Source of the DNA: Candidatus Poribacteria bacterium
GTDB lineage: Bacteria > Poribacteria > WGA-4E > UBA9662
DNA length: 23,451 nucleotides
Reading direction: 5' to 3'
NCBI GenBank assembly: GCA_046582655.1
Contig: JAYGDX010000121.1
Coordinates: 1-23,451 of the forward strand
The notes under the pieces are model-generated. The model was given only the letters and a program-made list of their open reading frames with translations, did no database searches and was not told where the DNA came from. The translations under genes and the position numbers were made by a program. Shown piece by piece: positions 11,236 through 19,291 of the stretch. Each line of letters starts with the position of its first letter. The stretch's first letter is position 1.

Positions 11236-11675
11236 ATTTTTCAAACATATTGGCTGGCAAAATCCGGCCAAGTCAAGGCTGAATTTATTTGTATCAGGAG
11301 ACGCCTAATCGCTGGAATTAGCTTTTCAGGTCGAAAATACAGCAAATTTCTATGTTTTAGCGAGGAGCTGAAATGGTTTTGGCAGAGATACAATTAAGGA
11401 AACCATGCCGAGATTAGATTGTACTTTCTACATGATAACTCGGTGGTCTGGAATTGTAAAGCGGTTTTGTGGTTGAGTACTAGGGACAGCTATATACTTG
11501 GGGCTGCAATGGAGGTAGTATCGTTGGTAAGAGAATAGAGGACCGGCCAATTATTTCCAAGTGATGGTAGATATCCTGCTACATTTCTACCGTGTATAGT
11601 CTGTAGAGCCACCTTTTCAGTTGGTATATTTAGGTGAATCATTGTTGGTGATTTATATTTTTTTGTTCTATGTTT

Positions 11676-12356
11676 TTATGATTTTGGCAGTTGGCTTTTC
11701 TCCAAAAATTTCCATGTGCCTACTGCCAGTAGCATACCAACCAGCTGCATAATAATAAAAATGGCCGCGTCCATTGGTCGAATTCCTGCCTGTGAGTATG
11801 TTAGTGTTCTGGCCAATGTTACCTGTGGATTGGCGAACATCGTACTTGATGTGGTGATGAGTTCACCCCCAACTATCAGTCCGATAATCAGTGCTAACTT
11901 ATCAGATTGGTAGTGTATCAACAATAAAATGGCAATCAATAGGATAAAGGTGCCTAGGATTTCTGCCACGTAGTTTCCACCAGACCTAACTTTTACTGAG
12001 ATTGATAGGATTTTCGGAATTTGGTGATAAAACATCAGGTGTGAAAAGAGGACACCAACTATGCCACCGAGAACTTGTGAAATGATATAGCTTGGGACAT
12101 GCACCCACTTGGTTCGTCCAGTAATTGCTAAAGCAACACTAACAGCTGGATTAAAATGTGCGCCACTGATTGGACCAAAAATCTCAATTAAACCGAACAA
12201 CACAAAACCGACCGCTAAACTATCCGCGAGTACCGCGATAGCTATGCCTGATTCCAGAACTTGATCAAAGAGGATAATTGGTGAAACTGCAGATAAAACC
12301 AGAAAAAGTGAACCCAAAAATTCGCAGAGGATTATGGCTGGTGTTGAGTATTTCAC
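11676..12356 (-). CDS. MIP/aquaporin family channel, AqpS-like (probable arsenite channel)
   Basis: 226 aa hydrophobic protein with GPISGAHFNPAVS, SSTMFANPQVTLAR...AGIRP and EFLGS / EILGTF helix motifs. Begins 6 bp after arsC. GTG start. Confidence 0.88.
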   Translation of the reverse strand: MKYSTPAIILCEFLGSLFLVLSAVSPIILFDQVLESGIAIAVLADSLAVGFVLFGLIEIFGPISGAHFNPAVSVALAITGRTKWVHVPSYIISQVLGGIVGVLFSHLMFYHQIPKILSISVKVRSGGNYVAEILGTFILLIAILLLIHYQSDKLALIIGLIVGGELITTSSTMFANPQVTLARTLTYSQAGIRPMDAAIFIIMQLVGMLLAVGTWKFLEKSQLPKS

Positions 12357-12362
12357 TGGTAA

Positions 12363-12788
12363 TCAGTTGTCGCTTAGTTCCTGTTGGAATTGAATGATTT
12401 TTTGTTCTATTGATCTAAGCGTTTCAGTAAAAAATTCTCGTATCTCATTTTTCTGGCCTGACGCTGAGACTGGATCAGGTGTTGGCCAAGCCAACACCTT
12501 TACTGTGGCTGGGAAGGTTGGACAAGTGAGTTCCTGCTCTTGGCACAAACTAATGACATAGTCCATGTCATCGGGAACCTGATCAAAAGATTTTGAAAAC
12601 AGCGCAGTAGTATCATACCCGCAACTTTTTAGGGCTTTTAAAGCACGTGCATTTGGCTGCGTCGGTTTGGATCCAGCGCTGTAAACATCGAATTTATGCC
12701 CTAGATAGTGATGGCCTAACACTTCAGCCATTTGGCTGCGACATGAATTAGCAACACACATAAAAAGGATTTTGGGTTTTGTCGTCAC
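12363..12788 (-). CDS. arsC: Arsenate reductase, thioredoxin-coupled LMW-PTPase fold
   Basis: ILFMCVANSCRSQMAE (CX5R), SAGS.P, resolving Cys pair ISLC.....TCP and W.TPDP. GTG start at 12788 is preceded by AGGAGAAG; the track start is 12809. Confidence 0.88.
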   Translation of the reverse strand: MTTKPKILFMCVANSCRSQMAEVLGHHYLGHKFDVYSAGSKPTQPNARALKALKSCGYDTTALFSKSFDQVPDDMDYVISLCQEQELTCPTFPATVKVLAWPTPDPVSASGQKNEIREFFTETLRSIEQKIIQFQQELSDN

Positions 12789-12841
12789 GGTGCTACTTCT
12801 CCTGTTCAAGTAAAGGTTGAATTTATCTTAAAGGTGGAGCG

Positions 12842-13770
12842 TTATTTAGTTGCTTTTTTGACGGAAAAGAATACACTCGCTCCCTCACCAACTTCGCTTT
12901 CCGCCCAAATTTTGCCATCGTGTTGTAATATGATGTGTTTGGCAATGGACAGTCCCAATTCGGTTCCTTTTACTTGATTAGCGTTGCTGGTGTCCACGCG
13001 ATAAAATCGCTCGAAAATCCGTTCAAGCTCTTGCTCCGGAATACCCTTGCTCGTATCCTTAACTTGGAAGACGATGTGTGGCTCCTCAGTCTGAATCAAT
13101 ACAGATATCATACCACCTGATTCGGAGTATTTAAATCGAGTTGTCTGTCAAATTGACCAGGACTTGGATAATAAGTTCTTGATCTACGTAGATATCTGTT
13201 GAGTTATCTAAGATTCGCCATTCAAAAGTCATTTTTGACTCAGAGAAAAGCGGTTCAAACAAATTCGTAATTTTACCGCGTAGGTCAGCAATTTTACAGT
13301 TTTCAAAATTAAGGTGCAGACCACCAGATTCAATTTTTGAAAGATTAAGCAAATCTGAAATTAAACCTGACAGATAGATGGCTTGTTCATAAATTCTAAC
13401 TATGAATTGCTGACGCTGCTTTTTCTTGCCATTTGCTTTATCCAATAAAGTCTCAGCACATCCTTGGATTGCTGTTAAAGGGGTTCGCAGTTCGTGTGAC
13501 GCGTTAGTAACGAAATCAGATCGGACCTGCTGAAGTTTCCTGAGCATGCTAATATCTTGCACTTGCATCACGATAAGATATTGGTGCTTCGATTCGGAGA
13601 GAGAACTAAAACTCTGAAAGATAGGAATTACTACAAGTGAAACAATAATTTTACTTACACTATCTAATTAAACTTCATCTGACTGCGCTTTTTGAGTCTC
13701 TACACATCGTTTAATAATATCATTCAACTTGGGAGTTCGGTTAATTTCAATAAATGACAAGCCTATGCTA
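12842..13770 (-). pseudogene. 5'-truncated PhoR-like PAS-HisKA-HATPase sensor kinase pseudogene
   Basis: PAS remnant (SIGLSFIEINR...VVIPI...QDISMLRKLQQVRSDFVTNASHELRTPLTAIQG) with in-frame TAA at 13668-13670. A +1 frameshift sits in the N-box (DNSI/KYS, ATTTAAATAC, ~13131). G1 box is degenerate (DTSKGI) and so is G2 (GTELGL); IFERFYRVD is retained. No TM/HAMP N-terminus. Confidence 0.85.
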
Positions 13771-14290
13771 TTTTCATCTAAACAGATGGCCAGACAGTCT
13801 GGATCATACAGCAAATGGTAAGCATCCAAAATATCTTCCATCCGATGGACAATTTCCGCACTTTGCACTGGCAGAATTACCCATTATTATTCCTTAAGTT
13901 AAGTCAGGGCTTAAGTTCGTTCTTTTTTTACGTTTTTCGCACAACTTCGTTAGGAGATGCTCTCTGATTCGAGACTTTCGATCTTGACAAGTTGATTGGC
14001 CTGCAACTGCAGGCTCCAACGCACATCCTCTCTTGACACAGCCTGTATACCAAGATAATCAAGTGAGCTTCTGCTATGTGATTATTGGTCCAGCCTGCAC
14101 CGGTCCTGAGCAAAGTCTAGATCCTCTTTACTTGGTCCTATTTGCAACATCTCATGATAAACTTTGAGGATCAGCACGTTCTTCTTTTATTGAATTTACG
14201 ATGTATTATTCACTTTTCTAGTTCCTCATTCTTTGGAAATAGCTTATCCGCTACTTGCTGACTTATCAATCTGCTGATGACGTCCTACTA
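13771..14290 (-). mobile_element. Degenerate, truncated IS630-family element (left end plus 5' half of transposase)
   Basis: Broken frames give YIVN..KEERAD (GTG start 14213, GAGGAA RBS), GWTNNHIAEA, EAHLII, RWSLQLQANQLV, EVVRKT*KKNELKP* and WVILPVQSAEIVHRMEDILDAY..YDP....CLDE, all typical of IS630 transposases up to the first catalytic Asp. Left end reads CTAGTAGGACGTCATC on the minus strand, with TA at 14289-14290. Confidence 0.82.
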
Positions 14291-14299
14291 GTTTCTAGC

Positions 14300-15492
14300 T
14301 TAGTCAAGTTCGGTTGGACTTTCGAAGGTTACCCATGCAATTTCAGGTGAGACGCCAAGATCAGAGGCAATTTGTTCGATAACCTTAATTTCGTCTGGTT
14401 GGATATGCCCATCCGCCCTAGCAATTAGGGTCAGATCCCTTACTAATAGTACTCGACGTCCCATGGGGACAGATGTTTTTACCGACTCAATTCGCTCCGG
14501 GAGAACTTCGGCTAACCGTTCTGGATCTAAGGTGAATGGCACCGCATCGTGCCCCAGTAGGTCGACCAAAGCCTGGCGTTCCTCTATACTGATAGATCCA
14601 TGAGAATCTCCTACGACCACAGCTGCTGCAAACAGCAAATGCCGCATGTTTTCGGCAGATGGGGAATTTTCTTCTAGATAGGATGGCTCCATCAACTGCA
14701 TAATTTCTTCGACTGTAGCTTCAACTTCGGGCATCGCGTGTCCATCTGATGTTATAATTTCACTTTGTATGAAAGCCTGAGCTGTACGAAGACGAACTGG
14801 GGCGAAAGGGTGGCTGGACAACCAATCTTGATGTCCTGTTCGATCAGAACCTTCCGCTTCTTGATCTACCTGATAAAGGTCTTCGGCTTGATCAATGAAT
14901 GCTTGAATTTGGGCTGGTCCTGGTGCCTGAACGTAAACCTGAAGACAATTTGAAGAAAGCTCGTGCAACTGGGTTAAGTTGCCCCACGCAGGCTATTCCC
15001 GCCCGATCTGCGGAAACCTCGGCATGACGTTGCCATCGATGTGCTAGGAATACCAACTGCGGTGGCAGGTTCTGATGATTTGCCAACAAAAGTGGGAATG
15101 GAATGGTGGTCGTAGATGTGGTGTCCAAGTTCATGTCCCAAAACAAAGCATAATTCGTCATGATCAAATGACTCAAGTAGAATTGATGACACCAAAATAA
15201 AAACACGCCCATCTTCAGGTTGGGTACAACCCGCGTTCATTTCATTGCTACTATAAACGTACAGTTCAACTTCAGTCTCAACCTTGAGTACTGAACAGCA
15301 GTGGTGCACAATTTTACATTCCTCAGGCGCAATAGATGGCGATAACCGAAGAGCGCGAGCTAGAAGAGAACGCCGTGTTTGGCTCGATTTCTGCCCTTCC
15401 ATAGCTACTTGAATGCGCTGAATGTGCCGATTTTGCAGTAGTTGTTCAGATAAGTGTCGATCAACTTCGGATCGAATTGCGTCAGGATCCAT
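14300..15492 (-). pseudogene. M48-family Zn metallopeptidase fused to C-terminal TerB-like domain, two +1 frameshifts (~15095, ~14928)
   Basis: Three overlapping track ORFs join to about 396 aa: ELYV.....NA, ELCFVLGHELGH (HExxH), WQRHAEVSADRAG, FFKLSSG and SSHPFAPVR, then TerB-like DSHGSISIEER and LIARADGHIQPDEIKVIEQIASDLGV. AAAGAGGT RBS. May be intact if the indels are sequencing errors. Confidence 0.8.
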
Positions 15493-15556
15493 GATTGATA
15501 CCTCTTTTTCTCAATCTTAGATTGTCTTGATCAACTTTGATCTAGCTTGCTTGGAC

Positions 15557-16824
15557 TTAGCCATCAAGTAACCGCTCATAGTTCCCCGTCACTTTTTTGA
15601 ACGCGTTGATGTATTGATCAAGCAATTCTTGGGTTGCATCAGGAAAGGCGGGAACTGTCATCAGGTCGTTTCTCGGATTTGCACTATTGGGTAGATCACC
15701 CTCAGTATAATTGACTTTTCCTGTTTCTGGTCGGGCGAAAGCGGTATGATTCTGTTCTTGAAAAAGAGCAGTTAGATGACCACTATCCCGATTCTCTCTC
15801 ATCTTTCCCGGGGCATCATCTCGGACATTGACACCTTCAGCCTGAAGTGCCTGAATAAGCTTCTCTTTAGCCAAGCCACCAAGGTCGTTGGCTTGATAAC
15901 GTACATAGGGCGGTCCATAGTAACCCCGAAAGATATAATCAGGTAGTTCGATAGGGTGGATCCCATCACATTGGGCAATACTTTTCAGTAAATATTTAAC
16001 GTTCTGATCCCGATCTTTATTCCGTCGATCAAGGTGCCTCAGTTGCACACGAGCAATGGCTGCTGAGAGAGATGACATACGATATTTAAATCCAAAACTG
16101 GTCGTTTTATACTTTCGGTATGCTTCAGTTTGTAAATTAGGAATCCGTTCGTAGTGTCCCAGGCAAATTGCTCTTTCGTAATATTCCAGTTGATTGGTGA
16201 TTATGATGCCGCCCTCTCCACAAGGCAGTAGCTTGGTCGATTGCATGCTGAAGCAACCAATATCACCAAAAGTGCCTACTTTTTCCCCCTTAATAAGTTG
16301 CACCGTGTGCATGAGAGCAATCTTCAACTAAAGAGATACCATGCCGTTTCGTTAGCTTTAAAACAGCGTCCATATTAGCTGGCACACCTTTGTAATGAAC
16401 GATAATTAAGGCTTTAGTTCGAGATGAGATCCGCCTTTCAATATCTTCTGGGTCCGCACAGCCAGTAAAAGGATCAATATCGCAAAAAACTGGCACCGCT
16501 TGGCACGATAGGATTGGCATATTAGGTGCCCCAGAAGGTAGTGGCAGGTGTAAAAATTTCATCACCTGGACCAATACCAAGAGCAAACAGCGCAGCGTGG
16601 ATCGAAGCCGTGCCATTATTATGAGCCAGAGCGTACTTGGAACCGTGATAGTCTGCAAATTCTCTTTCAAATTCAAGGATGGTTTCCGAGAAAGAGAGTT
16701 TACCAGTTTTCAACTGGGCAACGACAGCTTCAGTTACTTCCTCATCAATAACTGGCCACATATTAGCTTGCTGTTGATCAAGAGTGACTGCTTGTGGACC
16801 TCCATTAATCGCCAAAAGTTCCAT
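15557..16824 (-). pseudogene. DegT/DnrJ/EryC1/StrS PLP-dependent aminotransferase, two +1 frameshifts (~16523, ~16291)
   Basis: Three track ORFs join to about 421 aa: LAINGG, FEREFADY, NNGTASIH.AL.ALGIGPGDE, PVFCDID, EDCSHAHGATY/KGEKVGTFGDIGCFSMQSTKLLPCGEGG (PLP Lys) and GFKYRMS.L.AA. May be intact if the indels are sequencing errors. Confidence 0.88.
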
Positions 16825-17246
16825 TTATTCTTTTTTTCAGTTCCTCAGTTTTTTACTTTGTTATGGTCGCGCAGCTATATTGAAGACACCATTATCATTG
16901 AAGTTATTTACGCGAATATTATAGAGGTAGTATCATATCTGCTTGGGAAGGACAAGACTCCGCAGACCAATACTAATTTGGAATTCATCAATTCAAAATT
17001 ATGCTTGGTTACAGGATTAACACTGGACGGCGTTTGGATTGTCATTAATTTTGGTTAATGCTACAATGTTATGTGAAAATCTGAGGGGTTTCATGCTGAT
17101 TTCTTCTATTGGTTAAATCTCCTTAGATCATAGTAAGCACACAAATGATATTAATAGAGCTACAAGCTGTCTCTATCAATATTTTGTCTGATTTTTTGCA
17201 GTCTTTTCTTCAATTATCGATGCAACCAACCAAAGGGGGAACAGTA

Positions 17247-18491
17247 ATGGCACGAAAGCCCAATATCATCTTAATTTTAGCTGATGACATGGGCTATGGT
17301 GATACGAGTTGCTATGGTGGAAAGCACTTGCAAACGCCGGCCATAGACTCCTTGGCTAGTAGTGGATTGAGATTTACCGACTTTCATTCTAACGCTCCAG
17401 TTTGCAGCCCAACACGAGCTGCACTTCTAACAGGATGTTACCAGCAGCGTTGTGGTATCGAAGGCGTGATTTCTGCTAAAAACCATCGAGACAAAGGTTT
17501 ACCCCTGAACAAAGTTACCTTTGCTGATGTACTCAAAAATGCCGGCTATAAGACTGCGGTTTTTGGGAAATGGCATCTTGGGTACGAACCTAGATTCAAT
17601 CCACGACATCAGGGTTTTGATGAATTCGTCGGGTTTGTCAGTGGTAACATTGATTATCATTCACATATTGACCAAATTGGTGTTGAAGACTGGTGGCAAG
17701 ATGTTGAATTAGTGCCAGAAGAAGGATATTCAACTGACTTAGTTACTTCTCATGGACTATCATTCATCCAGCGACATCAGGATAGTCCTTTCTGCCTTTA
17801 TCTGGCTCATGAATGCCCACATTATCCGTATCAAGGACCTAACGATCCAGCTGACCGAACTGTTGGTAATCCCAAACCGATTCTGGGACGTCGACAAGAT
17901 CAGGCGGCGGCATACAAAGAGATGATGGAATCGATGGATACTGGTATCGACCAAATTGTCCACAAAATCAATTCACTCGGGCTGGAACAGGAAACTTTTA
18001 TCTTCTTCTGTTCTGACAATGGCCCAACTGGCCCTGGATCAAGTGGTCCGCTGAGAGGGAAAAAGGGTTCTTTGTGGGAGGGCGGTCACCGTGTACCAGG
18101 AATTGCCTACTGGCCAAGTGAAATCCGACCAGGAACCGTCACTAATGAAACGGTGTTGACAATGGATTTATTGCCAACTTTAGCTTCGATCGCTGAGGCG
18201 AAACTCCCTGCCAACCTGAAACTTGATGGTTTTGATCTATTACCTTTGATGACAGGAGGAAATTCGTTACCTGAGCGTTCTTTGTTTTGGCGGTTTAAAA
18301 ATGATTGTGTGATACGCAAGGGGCCTTGGAAGTTGATGAGAGGTGAAAACCAGGGCCTGTTTCATTTAGATGATGACATTGGTGAAACAACCAATATAAT
18401 TGAACAGGAACCGGAGCGAGTCGGAGGCTTGGAACAAGAACTGACTAACTGGTCGAAAAAAGTATCTTTAGGTATTGAACAGCAATCATAG
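17247..18491 (+). CDS. Formylglycine-dependent (family S1) sulfatase, arylsulfatase A-like
   Basis: KPNIILILADDMGYGD, CSPTRAALLTG (CxPxR), GY.T..FGKWHLG, SDNG and GKKGSLWEGGHRVP. ATG 17247 has an AAGGGGGA RBS and is preferred over the track start at 17145. No signal peptide. Confidence 0.95.
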   Translation: MARKPNIILILADDMGYGDTSCYGGKHLQTPAIDSLASSGLRFTDFHSNAPVCSPTRAALLTGCYQQRCGIEGVISAKNHRDKGLPLNKVTFADVLKNAGYKTAVFGKWHLGYEPRFNPRHQGFDEFVGFVSGNIDYHSHIDQIGVEDWWQDVELVPEEGYSTDLVTSHGLSFIQRHQDSPFCLYLAHECPHYPYQGPNDPADRTVGNPKPILGRRQDQAAAYKEMMESMDTGIDQIVHKINSLGLEQETFIFFCSDNGPTGPGSSGPLRGKKGSLWEGGHRVPGIAYWPSEIRPGTVTNETVLTMDLLPTLASIAEAKLPANLKLDGFDLLPLMTGGNSLPERSLFWRFKNDCVIRKGPWKLMRGENQGLFHLDDDIGETTNIIEQEPERVGGLEQELTNWSKKVSLGIEQQS

Positions 18492-18736
18492 GAAAGAGTC
18501 AGGTGAAAAACAATGTCAATCCTGTCTTCGGTTCAACCCGTTTTGTACACTGCACCTCTCCTAAAAACAGACAAAGATTCTATACGAAATGACTTGGATT
18601 ATCTCTGTCATCATCCTGATCATTTCATTGTTGGCAGGTCAATTGATCTAAGTCAGTTCAGCACTGCATTTGCGAGTGTTTTTTTTCAGCAGTTATCCAT
18701 TTAGGATGTAAAGGGCGCAAAGAACAATATGACAAC

Positions 18737-19264
18737 ATGAAATCGAGTGAATGCAATAATATGGAACAGCCAAGAGAAGAACACAAGCTTTCACTATTTG
18801 CTATGTTGCTTTCAATCATCTTACCTGGTTTGGGGCAAGTTTACTTGCGCCGAGCGAGAAAAGGAATGATTTATCTTTTCGGTGTGTTAATTGGGTTTGG
18901 AATCATCTACCTAAATTCATGGCCGGTTAAAAGTTGGAAGGACCTAACTAACTTTCGTGAAGCTCAAGATATCCTGAAATCGCAAAGAACCAAAGAGGGA
19001 ATTAAACTCGATCCGCAGAAACTGAAAGAAGCACTGGAGAACATTGAGGACAAGCCGCATCAGGAACTTCTGAAGATACAGAATAAGCAATTGATGCTTC
19101 GGCCAAAGTGGTGGTTCAAAGTGACGGGCTTAACTCAATCTATTCTGTTCTGGATTTTTTCTATTACAGATGGTTTGATGGGAAAACAAGGATTCAACAA
19201 AAGGGCTTTTAAGAGAAAACTTAAGCGACTTCAACGAAAATATCATTCTGAGGAGGAGAATTAA
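18737..19264 (+). CDS. Hypothetical membrane protein (LS.I.PGLGQ.Y motif)
   Basis: 175 aa ORF with AMLLSIILPGLGQVY...KG plus TM helix, soluble loop, second hydrophobic segment WIFSITD and basic tail. Start could be 18761. Confidence 0.75.
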   Translation: MKSSECNNMEQPREEHKLSLFAMLLSIILPGLGQVYLRRARKGMIYLFGVLIGFGIIYLNSWPVKSWKDLTNFREAQDILKSQRTKEGIKLDPQKLKEALENIEDKPHQELLKIQNKQLMLRPKWWFKVTGLTQSILFWIFSITDGLMGKQGFNKRAFKRKLKRLQRKYHSEEEN

Positions 19265-19291
19265 CCGAAACTTAGTACTTAACCTAGTCTT

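Noticed and set aside
11281..11350. Glycine-riboswitch look-alike upstream of gcvT (GGAGA...CGCTGGAA...TTTTCAGG inside an imperfect inverted repeat)
   Set aside because: The motifs are on the + strand, antisense to gcvT, and lack the CCGAAG core. The sense strand shows no aptamer motifs. An Infernal search with the Rfam glycine model would settle it.
11405..11476. Short + ORF MPRLDCTFYMITRW... with AAGGA RBS, faintly like a transposase N-terminus
   Set aside because: Only 23 codons and no further transposase motifs in any frame I checked.
16860..16940. AAT/AAC-rich minus-strand stretch (YNIRVNNFNDNGVF) resembling a DGR template or variable repeat
   Set aside because: No RGGSW/GFR anchors, no second copy and no reverse transcriptase in the window.
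16597..17058. 153 aa + strand ORF, and other alternative-frame or antisense ORFs in the track (e.g. 1019..1378, 2900..3322, 8930..9364, 22981..23304)
   Set aside because: They overlap well-supported genes, have no recognisable motifs and look like shadow ORFs.
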